IMG/VR virus record: IMGVR_UViG_3300020165_000007
Coordinates: 186,001-250,000 of that record
Length of the DNA stretch: 64,000 nucleotides
Reading direction: 5' to 3' (one strand)
Shown here: one piece after another, positions 36,451 to 45,777 of the stretch
Position numbering within the stretch: position 1 is the first letter of the stretch
Layout: each line of letters opens with the position of its first letter
Position numbers and translations under genes: made by a program
Notes under the pieces: model-generated
What the model was told of the DNA's origin: nothing
The model's input: only the letters and a program-made list of their open reading frames with translations
The model's database searches: none

Positions 36451-38082
36451 TTAATCTACCCTAAATACATAATAATCGTGACCATCAATTCTAATATCAT
36501 ATTCTACACCATCATAATGTGATATATTGTGACCAACACCATCCGTATCCACCGCATCCTCAATTATCTCATCTTTATTTAAGAATTCCTCAAGGTCTAA
36601 ATCGTAATCTTTAATATAATTTTGTGGGTTAGACCTAACGTCACTTAAATACTCATCCACCTTTTTTTCTATCATTTCCTCAGTGGGTTCTCCCTCAGGA
36701 CTTAATGTTAAATCATCTCTCTCCTCTTCTAACTCATCTATTTTATCATATACTTCACCCCTTTCATCACTACTATAAGGTAACGAGTCAGTATCTCTTG
36801 TCTTTCTATAAAGTTCTTCAATCTCTTGGTCTAATTCTTCGTGTCTTTCCTTTTGTTCTGTAGATAACGGTAGTTCATCTTCATCGAATATAGATTCCCA
36901 ATCATCTCTAACATAATCATAATACCAACTCTCAAAATAACTGACAATAGAATCTATGTCTATGTAATTCATCAAATAGTCTTCGTTAAATGACTCCATT
37001 AACCCTACGTCATTAACCAAGTCGTTTAATCTAGATTTTGCGAGTTCGTAAACATCATCCCATTCACCCACAATATATTCACTATCTGTTTCATTTTCAC
37101 CCATCCATTTAAATGCTAAAATTTCTCCAGGATAAAAATTATTAGTCTCAGGTATTAAATTATATATGTCCTCATCTTCACCAACTTCATTCACTAACCA
37201 CTCATTTCTTAAACCACTCATCACAGCATTTGCCTTTCTTCCTACCTCATCTAATTCGTTGTTTTCAGGATTCCACGCATCTCTTTCTCTTATATCGTCC
37301 ATCCTCCTTAGTAATCTTTCTCTTCTTATTCTATCATCTCTTTGGGTTCGTCTTTGTAACTCTTGTTTCGCTTTAATTTCGTCTTTAAATAATTCGATAT
37401 CACTAGCGTAATTTGTTGACATGTATCTTTGTATAACATTATCAATCTTTTCAAACTCAGGTGTCCCTAAAATCCACCCCACTTTAAATGAATCATCAGG
37501 CGCATCATAGAAAATTTGTTTTCCATCATATTTTTGTAACATTGCAACTTTATAAAACTTACTACCTGATTTAGCTTTTTTATCTAAAAAATAAAATAAT
37601 TTACCGTCTCTATTGTAGGACATAAAGTGACTATCACTACTTTTAGCTGCTGTACACCATTTACTGCCCGCTCCGTAATAACAACTAGCCTCATGTGTCT
37701 TTGGTGTTATTACAGTAAACCTGTCGTCTTCATACACTATGTCGGCCCCATCTATTTTTTTAACGTCCCTCCTTACCTTATTTTCGTGTTTTTCAATCGC
37801 ATCTGTAATATCTTTTAAAGTATTGTATTGATTAATATCTTTTATTTCTAAATTTTTTTGAAATTTTATAAACTTCTCTACCGCAATTTTCGCTTTAACT
37901 AAATCATCATTTACATTTTCAGATGAAATGACCTTACCTAAAAAGTTTAAAAACTTTTGGTTGGATGATAGTTCTATAGATAATAAAAATATTTTTTTTA
38001 TATCCTCAGGTTTGAACTTATCTTTATATCTTAATAAAAACTCGTCTTTTCTTCCTTCTAATAATACTTTACTAAGATTCAT
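36451..38082 (-). CDS. Leader-bearing protein with PcfJ-like (CYYG..WCT) domain and acidic C-terminus
   Basis: PKTHEASCYYGAGSKWCTA...F..Y...GKLFY; TATTTAT 38100-38106. Confidence 0.65.
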   Translation of the reverse strand: MNLSKVLLEGRKDEFLLRYKDKFKPEDIKKIFLLSIELSSNQKFLNFLGKVISSENVNDDLVKAKIAVEKFIKFQKNLEIKDINQYNTLKDITDAIEKHENKVRRDVKKIDGADIVYEDDRFTVITPKTHEASCYYGAGSKWCTAAKSSDSHFMSYNRDGKLFYFLDKKAKSGSKFYKVAMLQKYDGKQIFYDAPDDSFKVGWILGTPEFEKIDNVIQRYMSTNYASDIELFKDEIKAKQELQRRTQRDDRIRRERLLRRMDDIRERDAWNPENNELDEVGRKANAVMSGLRNEWLVNEVGEDEDIYNLIPETNNFYPGEILAFKWMGENETDSEYIVGEWDDVYELAKSRLNDLVNDVGLMESFNEDYLMNYIDIDSIVSYFESWYYDYVRDDWESIFDEDELPLSTEQKERHEELDQEIEELYRKTRDTDSLPYSSDERGEVYDKIDELEEERDDLTLSPEGEPTEEMIEKKVDEYLSDVRSNPQNYIKDYDLDLEEFLNKDEIIEDAVDTDGVGHNISHYDGVEYDIRIDGHDYYVFRVD

Positions 38083-38182
38083 CTTATAATACTTTTATGA
38101 TAAATATTAGTAGTTTATAAAATAAACTTTTTAAAGACTATTTATATATTAAATAAACTCTCACTATTAAAAAATTAAACTC

Positions 38183-38314
38183 ATGGGATGTGGATGTAAA
38201 AAAAAGGCTCAACAAGCTCAACAACAAGCACAAGTTCAGCAACAAGATAATACTAAGTCTGTACAAGAAGCGGTAAATAAAACTGTGGAAAAGTATTATA
38301 AGAAAAAAGACTAA
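38183..38314 (+). CDS. Small MGCGC-motif protein (43 aa)
   Basis: MGCGCKKKAQQAQQQAQVQQQ...; TATTTAT upstream, hairpin 38337-38361 downstream. Confidence 0.7.
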   Translation: MGCGCKKKAQQAQQQAQVQQQDNTKSVQEAVNKTVEKYYKKKD

Positions 38315-38409
38315 GTAAAATCCGCCATAAACTTAAAAAGGGGTGTAATACATCCCTTTTTCTATTTATAGTATTTTTATTTATTGGTATATTTCATAAA
38401 AAGTATAAT

Positions 38410-39240
38410 ATGGAGACAATTTTTTTTGGGGAGAATTTAGGGAATTTATTTTTAAATGAAATAATAAAGGAGTACGATAATATTGACACTTCTCATAAAA
38501 CCAATTTAGAGTTAATTGATGTTACTCAATTTATTATATTAAAAGGTAAAACTTCAATATCTAACCCTATAAATTATTCTAAATTATTTAGAAATTATAT
38601 GGAAAGTAAGATAGGTGTTGAGAATAACTATAGTATTATAGACTTAATTGAGTACGGGTCTTCAATTAATTACAAAGATGTAATAGTAAAAAGTGTTTTC
38701 GATAGTAATTCGTTATACCCTAATCGTCTTTTTTTAGATTCACATCAACAAGGAGAGTATGTGATTGACGACATTCAAAATATAATATACACTACAAGTG
38801 AGTCGTTATATTCTAAAATATTATTAGAAGGTGATTATTCTCAATATATAAATAAGAGGTTAAAAAACAATAAGTCATTTATTTGTGATAAATTTTATGG
38901 AATGAGCTTATCCCCACTCAAAATATATGAAACATATTTAAAATATATTTCACATAATCTTTTTGAAAAACAACTGTGTAAAGACATATCTTATAATCTA
39001 TACTACGAAGGTGATATAAATAAATTAAATTGGGAGACCATGTCTTTTGTAATTGATAGTAATTCTTTAGTTGTTAATAAAGAATGGGTGAAGTCATTAA
39101 TATTGGACTTATTTGACTTTAACATTAATCATGTGAAAAAACATTTATCTTTGGATAAATATGACTTTGAGAATGACATTACTGGTGTATCTCCTTGTTG
39201 GAAGGTTAGAGATAGAACTTCAGAAATGGTTCTACTATAA
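38410..39240 (+). CDS. Hypothetical protein, weak similarity to a degenerate SAM synthetase (MetK) fold
   Basis: C-terminus LFDFN..HVKKHL.L...PCWKVRD parallels MetK FDLRP..II..LDL...PWEKTD; catalytic motifs absent. Confidence 0.4.
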   Translation: METIFFGENLGNLFLNEIIKEYDNIDTSHKTNLELIDVTQFIILKGKTSISNPINYSKLFRNYMESKIGVENNYSIIDLIEYGSSINYKDVIVKSVFDSNSLYPNRLFLDSHQQGEYVIDDIQNIIYTTSESLYSKILLEGDYSQYINKRLKNNKSFICDKFYGMSLSPLKIYETYLKYISHNLFEKQLCKDISYNLYYEGDINKLNWETMSFVIDSNSLVVNKEWVKSLILDLFDFNINHVKKHLSLDKYDFENDITGVSPCWKVRDRTSEMVLL

Positions 39241-39516
39241 TAGGAATTCTTTGACCTTGTGAATTGCTTCATTTAAGTCTTTGAACGATAGGTCTGGAGC
39301 TAACAATTGTATATCAGGTTTTTCCCCTTCTTTAATCTCTACTAATGTTAGAGCGGGTAGATATTCATTTTTAGTTACATCAACAAATTGTTTATATTCT
39401 TTTTCATGTTCATCGACATTTCTTTCAATATACTCTAAATTTTCTTCTTTAAACATTTTTTTTAAAGAATAACAGTGAGGACACCCTTCCATACTATATA
39501 AGATTACTGTTTTCAT
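39235..39516 (-). CDS. Glutaredoxin-like protein
   Basis: YSMEGCPHC. Confidence 0.85.
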   Translation of the reverse strand: MKTVILYSMEGCPHCYSLKKMFKEENLEYIERNVDEHEKEYKQFVDVTKNEYLPALTLVEIKEGEKPDIQLLAPDLSFKDLNEAIHKVKEFLL

Positions 39517-39833
39517 TATAATACGTTTTTAACCATTTCTAATATTTGATTTTCACTAACTAAACCAACTTTATTACCCACATTTTCTCCTCCACTAAAA
39601 ATTTTAATATAGGGAATAGAACGTACCCCTAGTTGAGTAGCCATTTGTTGGTCTTCTTCAATGTTAAATTTATAAACTTTCATTTCACTTCCTTCTTCCT
39701 CCAATTTTTTAGCAACACTTTCGATAATCGGACTTAACATTCTGCAAGGTCCGCACCAATCCGCGTACAAATCTACTATAAATTTTTCACCTGAATTTAT
39801 TTTTTCTTGCAATTCCTGTGCATTTATTTTCAT
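39516..39833 (-). CDS. trxA: Thioredoxin
   Basis: DLYADWCGPCR, GVRSIP. Confidence 0.93.
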   Translation of the reverse strand: MKINAQELQEKINSGEKFIVDLYADWCGPCRMLSPIIESVAKKLEEEGSEMKVYKFNIEEDQQMATQLGVRSIPYIKIFSGGENVGNKVGLVSENQILEMVKNVL

Positions 39834-40180
39834 ATTGTTTTATATTTTTTAAGTTGATTTAAGTAGAAGATTATACTATCAGAAGAATCTTCATTACATA
39901 AGTAATAAAATTTATATGTATTTTCATATTCATTTTTAGTAAAGTATAATAATGTTTTAGTATCTAAAAACTGTATTAATCCTTTATTGTAAATAGTGAC
40001 TTGACCATCAAAATATTTTTTTGACCATATAATTTTATTTTTTTTTAAAGTTATTCTTAACGCGTCAATAGTATAAAAATCAGTCTCAATAATAGAAGGT
40101 AAACTTCCAATTATATTCTCAGATAAGATTGATACTTTATTTGGTATACCATAATTGTTATGTTTTTCTTTATCTTTCAT
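39830..40180 (-). CDS. Hypothetical protein
   Basis: ORF coupled on both sides. Confidence 0.6.
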   Translation of the reverse strand: MKDKEKHNNYGIPNKVSILSENIIGSLPSIIETDFYTIDALRITLKKNKIIWSKKYFDGQVTIYNKGLIQFLDTKTLLYFTKNEYENTYKFYYLCNEDSSDSIIFYLNQLKKYKTI

Positions 40181-41250
40181 TAAACTTCAAGTAATTCTTT
40201 TTCTATACTTTTTGAGTTTTTTACATAATCAATACTATCACTAATTACTTTAGTTATTTTATATGGGTCAGCGTTAGACGCAGGTCTTCTATCTTCTAGA
40301 TACCCCTTCCACGTTTTACTCGTTTGTAGTGGAACTCGTATAGACGCCCCTCTATCAGAAACACCCCAACTAAATTTAGTAATATTCTGGGTTTCATGTA
40401 ACCCTGTTAGTCTCATCTCATTACTTGAACCATAATTATTAATGTGTATATCATGTCTATCCTTGAAAGATTTAAATATATTTTGATAGTACTCTTCATC
40501 TCCGTCTTCCCTCATTTTTTTATTAGAGAAGTTACAGTGAAGTCCTGAACCGTTCCAATCACCTGTAACAGGTTTAGGATGAAATTCGATATCATAACCG
40601 TAATCCTCAGACATCTGATGTAAAATATATCTAGTAATCCATAGGTCATCTCCAGCCTTAATTTTACCCTTACTGAATACTTGGTATTCCCACTGACCTA
40701 GCATGACCTCAGCGTTCGTTCCAGTGATGTCTATACCGGCCATTATACAGTTTTCCATATGTTTATCAACAAACTCCCTACCTGTTACTTGTCCGTTACC
40801 TACACCGCAATAGTACTTTCCTTGTGGTTCAGGAAATCCATTTTTAGGAAAACCTATAGGTTTGCCGTCTTTCATTAGAGTATATTCTTGTTCAAATCCA
40901 AACCATAAATCCTCATCATCTTCATTAAATAATCCCCTACTATTACTTTCGTGTAATGTACCATCAGGGTTTAAAACTTCACATAGAACTAAATAACTTT
41001 CTAATAATCCATTATTCAGTGGATTTGGATAAAGTGTTACAGGTTTTAGTATACAATCGGAAAAATGTCCCTCAGCTTGTTCAGTGGACGACCCATCGAA
41101 TGACCATTCAGGGCAATCAGTTAACCCTACACCATGAACCGTTTTACCATGAATAGTGTGTGTAGGTGGGTTGATTACTTTTACTTTACTTCTGAGATTA
41201 GGTTCAGGATTATACCCATCTAACCATATGTATTCTAATTTAATTTTCAT
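40180..41250 (-). CDS. glnII: Glutamine synthetase type II
   Basis: EYIWLDG, WSFDGSST.QA, WFGFEQEY, NAEVM.GQWEYQ, GDWNGSGLHCNFS, RLTGLHET, DRGASIRVP, YLEDRRPASN. Confidence 0.95.
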   Translation of the reverse strand: MKIKLEYIWLDGYNPEPNLRSKVKVINPPTHTIHGKTVHGVGLTDCPEWSFDGSSTEQAEGHFSDCILKPVTLYPNPLNNGLLESYLVLCEVLNPDGTLHESNSRGLFNEDDEDLWFGFEQEYTLMKDGKPIGFPKNGFPEPQGKYYCGVGNGQVTGREFVDKHMENCIMAGIDITGTNAEVMLGQWEYQVFSKGKIKAGDDLWITRYILHQMSEDYGYDIEFHPKPVTGDWNGSGLHCNFSNKKMREDGDEEYYQNIFKSFKDRHDIHINNYGSSNEMRLTGLHETQNITKFSWGVSDRGASIRVPLQTSKTWKGYLEDRRPASNADPYKITKVISDSIDYVKNSKSIEKELLEV

Positions 41251-41279
41251 TTTTTATTTAATTAAAGTTTTATGTAAAT

Positions 41280-41936
41280 TTATTTAACCGGAATTGGAGT
41301 ACCAACGGGATATGGTGACCCTTCTTTCGCAGCAGTGACAGAAGTCATACCTGAATCTACAGGAATAGCAAATCTTAATGGAATTGCCGCCTCATTTAAA
41401 GGACCATAACATTTGGATAATATTATACCATTGTCAAGTGTGTCTATTATGTCACATGGCATTGCGAACATATTACTCATACTGGTACTTGGTGAATTTG
41501 TGTCAACAATAAACTTACGATTAGTTGGTGGTAACCATTCCCATCCGTTAGTTTCAGGATTAAATTGTGGTACTGTATCACTTGATGTAAAGAACCAAAA
41601 GAATGACCATGTTGTTCCGTCTGTCCCATCAGGAGTTTGTTGATTTTCTTTTACATTAAACTCTCCCCAAGTTTCACTTTTACCTTCCATAGCCAAGTTG
41701 GAAATTGATAGTCCGTTCATAACAGGACAAATTGCACAACCTTCGTCGAACTCAGTTCCTTGTACAGTTATTTTTTTACCTGTAGGTACAGCACCTGACG
41801 CCCCACAGAATGAGAAAGAACCTTCATGTAGTACAACCACTTCTTCAGGTTCAGGAGCGCATGTATCCACTTCCGTTTGTTGTCCACAACTTAGTAGTAA
41901 GAAGGATGACAACAATGTTAATAATGTTTTTTTCAT
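41280..41936 (-). CDS. Putative lipoprotein (Cys-containing)
   Basis: Lipobox LLSC; several Cys in mature part. Confidence 0.7.
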   Translation of the reverse strand: MKKTLLTLLSSFLLLSCGQQTEVDTCAPEPEEVVVLHEGSFSFCGASGAVPTGKKITVQGTEFDEGCAICPVMNGLSISNLAMEGKSETWGEFNVKENQQTPDGTDGTTWSFFWFFTSSDTVPQFNPETNGWEWLPPTNRKFIVDTNSPSTSMSNMFAMPCDIIDTLDNGIILSKCYGPLNEAAIPLRFAIPVDSGMTSVTAAKEGSPYPVGTPIPVK

Positions 41937-42019
41937 TGTTTATGTTTTTTAATGAGTTTATTTGATATTAATAATATCAAATTATAAGTATTAGTATACC
42001 TAATATTTTAAATTTTTTT

Positions 42020-42055
42020 AAAAAAAAAAGGGGTTCAAAAACTGAACCCCTCTTT
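42020..42055 (-). terminator. Terminator after TonB-dependent receptor gene
   Basis: A10-GGGGTTCA-AAAAC-TGAACCCC. Confidence 0.75.
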
Positions 42056-42081
42056 CATATATTTTATAATATTATCGTAAA

Positions 42082-44835
42082 TTAGAAGTTATATCTTAAA
42101 GATGCATTCCAAGTTCTACCAAATCCAAACCACACTGAGTTACGTGTGTCAATACCGTTCCACGTATCTGATGTTTCAGATGCGTGAATATTAGTGTTTG
42201 ACTCCGCAATGTATGTAGTGTCGAATAAGTTATTTACGTTAACTCTAAACGTTGCATTGTTACCTAACAAGTCAAAACGAGTGGTAACACCCAAATCAAC
42301 TAAATTGTATGACGGTAACTTCAACGCCCCTTGGTTATCGGGTGTGAAGAAGTCAGAACCTGTGATTGAGTAGTCAGCGTAAAGTCCGTCAACATATCTC
42401 ATACCTAAGTCTACATTCACACCTCTAGTTACTCTGTAGTCAACACCTAAGTTTCCAACAACTTGTGCTGCGTCACCAACTTTAGCCCCTTCAGTATAAA
42501 GAACTCCTGTACCAATCTCTTCTTGATTCTCATCAAACAAGGTGGTTTCAAAATCCTTTGTATACTTCCAATCTCCCAATGATAACATACCTGTAAGTTT
42601 TAGGTTGTTAGTAGGTCTATATGTAGACTCTAACTCGATACCATTGTGTTGAACGTCAATATCTCTAAACTGTGCAAATCCATCGACACCTTGAGCATTA
42701 GTCAATGAAAGTGCTCTAAATCTATTACCCCATGTTGTTGCATATGCATTAACATTAACAGTAAGCTCGTCACCTAAGTATCCGTAACCTAACTCAAATG
42801 AAGTAATTTCTTCATTTTGTAAGTCGTCATTAATGTCATTACCATAACTTGGGAATACCGCTGAGAAGTTTGGTTGACGTGAGATGAATCCCGCGTTAGC
42901 AAAAACATTAGACTTTTCATCGATATTATAGTTAGCACCACCTTTAATGTATCCACCACCTAAATTAGCCGTTTCTGAAATTGGATTACCTGGTTGGTCA
43001 AAGTAATCTTCTCTTTGGAATGATTGGTTCGATAACCCCGCTTGTACAACCGCGTTTATTCTTCCATCATCATTATATTCAATAAGTCCGTTTACACCGG
43101 CCCATCCAACGTTTCCTACATTATAGTAGTCAATTTTTGGACCGTTAAGACCTGTGTTATTAAACGGACTAGCGTTTACAGTTGTGTTAACAAACTGACC
43201 TACACTATTATCATTACCTGTTGAGTAGTATGCGTCAAAACCCATTAGGTTATTTACTGTACGATAGTGATAACCTTTGTACTTTCTGAGGTCAATACCT
43301 ACAGAAGCCCTAATCTTGTCTTTATCGTACTCTAAATTAGAGATTGCACCTACCCAGTCGTGTGAGTTCATAGACGCTCTACGAATCATCCCACTTCTAT
43401 TAACACCACCTTCATCATATCCATTTGAACCGATGAGTTGTCCGAAAAAAGGACTGTCCATTAAGGTTGAGTCAGGAATTGTTCCGTCAGCATCAATACC
43501 ATAAGTCTGTGCCCCTGATTGGTTATCAGCGACAATAGCGTCAAAATCAATTGTACCATCATCGTTACGAAATTGTGTTGTACTGTCTTCATACATGAAT
43601 TCATACAAATCCTTTCTATAAGGATGGACATCGTAGTTTCTACCACGAGGACCTGTTCCTCCACCTCGACCAGCAGAACCATAGACTGAAGTATTCAATG
43701 TTAAATCTTCGTTGATGTCCCAATCCCAGTTAAAGGTTGCAAGTGGTTTGTTATAAAAGTTTCTTCTCATAGAGAACTCTTCCCCATTTAAAGTACCTCC
43801 GTTTGTGTTCCAACGAGCGTTGATACCATCGTCATTCTGTTCACCAAATGTTTGAAAGTCTCTAATAGAAACCCAAACGTCTCTTTGGTGGTGCCATTGA
43901 CCCGCACCTAAAATAGATAGGTTCAATGCGTGTTTTGAACCTTCAGGTTGGTAACCTACAGCTCCGAAGTATGTCCAACCTTCACCACTGGTGTTGTCGA
44001 CATATCCATTACCTGCCCATCTACTCATTAAGAACGATGACGCCCATCCATTCTCATTTTTACCGGTATTGTAGTTAACACTTGTCTTAGTGTAACCATC
44101 ATTACCAATAGTTTCAGATACTGAACCACCTTGTTCTTTCTCCGCCGCTTTAGTAGAAATAGAAACGGTACCACCAACAGATGGAACCGCAAGACGAGTA
44201 GCACCCAATCCTCTCTGGATTTGAATACCTGAAGCAACGTCAGTAAGACCTTGCCAATTAGACCAATATACCCATCCATTTTCCATATCATTAACAGGTT
44301 GACCGTTAATTAGGAATGATGTGTTACGTTGGTCGAAACCTCTAAGAGATATTCTTGAGTCACCATAACCACCACCTTGTTTCGTAGCATAGACACCAGG
44401 TGTTCTATTCATGATTTCAGGGAATTCTTGGTTTCCGACTTTCAAAGCAATCTCTGACGGACCAATGGTTGATACCGCAACTGGTGTTTCTCTCACTTTC
44501 GCAAAGTCAACAACGTTAACGATTACGGATGCCTCATCCAAACCCAACGCAGTAGCGGTTAATGATATGGTACCCATATCTTTTAGTGCCGGTGTAGTTA
44601 TTGTTTCATACCCGATAAAACGTACAACTAGGTTTCCTGTGGCCTCACTGTTGAGAGTGAATTCACCTGATACATTAGTTGATGTTCCTCGTGTGTTACC
44701 TTCAAGATAGACATTCGCTCCGATGAGCTCATTACCTGTCTTAGAGTCAACAACTTTACCTGTAATTTGGGAGAATAGACTCGTAGTTGAGACCATCATT
44801 ACTCCTAAGATAAACAATCGATTAATTAATTTCAT
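42082..44835 (-). CDS. TonB-dependent outer-membrane receptor (Bacteroidota type, N-terminal carboxypeptidase-regulatory-like domain)
   Basis: Signal, GKVVD..LIGANV...FIGY; plug ISLRGF...LINGQPVND; C-terminal NVNNLFD..Y...GRTWNASLRYNF. Confidence 0.93.
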   Translation of the reverse strand: MKLINRLFILGVMMVSTTSLFSQITGKVVDSKTGNELIGANVYLEGNTRGTSTNVSGEFTLNSEATGNLVVRFIGYETITTPALKDMGTISLTATALGLDEASVIVNVVDFAKVRETPVAVSTIGPSEIALKVGNQEFPEIMNRTPGVYATKQGGGYGDSRISLRGFDQRNTSFLINGQPVNDMENGWVYWSNWQGLTDVASGIQIQRGLGATRLAVPSVGGTVSISTKAAEKEQGGSVSETIGNDGYTKTSVNYNTGKNENGWASSFLMSRWAGNGYVDNTSGEGWTYFGAVGYQPEGSKHALNLSILGAGQWHHQRDVWVSIRDFQTFGEQNDDGINARWNTNGGTLNGEEFSMRRNFYNKPLATFNWDWDINEDLTLNTSVYGSAGRGGGTGPRGRNYDVHPYRKDLYEFMYEDSTTQFRNDDGTIDFDAIVADNQSGAQTYGIDADGTIPDSTLMDSPFFGQLIGSNGYDEGGVNRSGMIRRASMNSHDWVGAISNLEYDKDKIRASVGIDLRKYKGYHYRTVNNLMGFDAYYSTGNDNSVGQFVNTTVNASPFNNTGLNGPKIDYYNVGNVGWAGVNGLIEYNDDGRINAVVQAGLSNQSFQREDYFDQPGNPISETANLGGGYIKGGANYNIDEKSNVFANAGFISRQPNFSAVFPSYGNDINDDLQNEEITSFELGYGYLGDELTVNVNAYATTWGNRFRALSLTNAQGVDGFAQFRDIDVQHNGIELESTYRPTNNLKLTGMLSLGDWKYTKDFETTLFDENQEEIGTGVLYTEGAKVGDAAQVVGNLGVDYRVTRGVNVDLGMRYVDGLYADYSITGSDFFTPDNQGALKLPSYNLVDLGVTTRFDLLGNNATFRVNVNNLFDTTYIAESNTNIHASETSDTWNGIDTRNSVWFGFGRTWNASLRYNF

Positions 44836-44913
44836 TAGTTTTTTTTTAAGTGTTTATTGGTTGTTTATATAATAAAAAACTACCCCCACTCTGAGGGTAG
44901 TTCTAAATTCAAT

Positions 44914-45510
44914 TTATGTGGTTTTTTCGGTTTCCGTTTCCGTAAACACGAAGGGGTCACCTTCCCCATCATTAATAAATGCGTAACCTCTTTCTATAAA
45001 AGCGTCCTGTGTCATACCAACACTATCATAAAGTTCCATCATCGCATCTTCATACGCCTCTTCATTTTCCATATCATCCTCATCAGGATATTCGAAGTCC
45101 TCATCCTCATCTGCGAATATTTGATTTTTATAAACCAATATACCACCGACTGGGTCGTATCCTTCATCTTCATATCTGTTCTCAACAGCCACATCGGGGT
45201 CTAACTCAACAAGTAAATTGTAAAGGTGCATCGTAAATTCTTTAACCGGATGCCATGCCGATGTAACTTTAATTTCGTTATCATCTATAGTGTGTTCAAA
45301 ATATGCCCATTTAGCTCCTAAATTTTCACCAGCCCATGAGTTGAATGTTCCTCCATTTTCACTTATGTGTGGGTTTTTATAAAAGATTTTTGCGAAACCT
45401 CCTGTGTCTGAGTATTCTAAAGAATCAAGTAAATCGATGTACTCATTCATCTTATTAGTTACTTTTTCATTTCCAACAACTCTAATGTTGTTACTTACGT
45501 GATTTGCCAT
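44914..45510 (-). CDS. YubB/DUF1281-like ferredoxin-fold protein
   Basis: MANHV.N, W..ENLGAKW, TSAWHP, Y.DEG. Confidence 0.55.
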   Translation of the reverse strand: MANHVSNNIRVVGNEKVTNKMNEYIDLLDSLEYSDTGGFAKIFYKNPHISENGGTFNSWAGENLGAKWAYFEHTIDDNEIKVTSAWHPVKEFTMHLYNLLVELDPDVAVENRYEDEGYDPVGGILVYKNQIFADEDEDFEYPDEDDMENEEAYEDAMMELYDSVGMTQDAFIERGYAFINDGEGDPFVFTETETEKTT

Positions 45511-45587
45511 TATTTTAATTTTTTTATTTTAAACTTGTTAAAGTTAATTGAACTAAACCATAAGGAAAGTCTTAATATTAAATAATA

Positions 45588-45719
45588 TTATCGACCTTGA
45601 CCTCTATAAGATTTACGATAATTTTTAGAATTTTTATTCTTAGATGATTTTGTTTTGGAGTGAACTCCTGGTCGATTTACTTTGTTTTTACTTTCGTAAC
45701 CTCCTGCAATTTTTGCCAT
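45588..45719 (-). CDS. Small highly basic protein ending YRGQGR (43 aa)
   Basis: MAKIAGGYESKNKVNRPGVHSKTKSSKNKNSKNYRKSYRGQGR; TATATTTG at 45751-45758. Confidence 0.75.
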   Translation of the reverse strand: MAKIAGGYESKNKVNRPGVHSKTKSSKNKNSKNYRKSYRGQGR

Positions 45720-45777
45720 AATTTTTTATTATTTAAAATGTTTTACTAATCAAATATACAACATTTTTTTTAATAAA

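Noticed and set aside
32175-44835. Cellular (flavobacterial chromosome) origin of the pckA-glnII-TBDR stretch
   Set aside because: These genes are interleaved with phage-type genes (DUF3310, orphan MTase, leader proteins) and lack normal operon context
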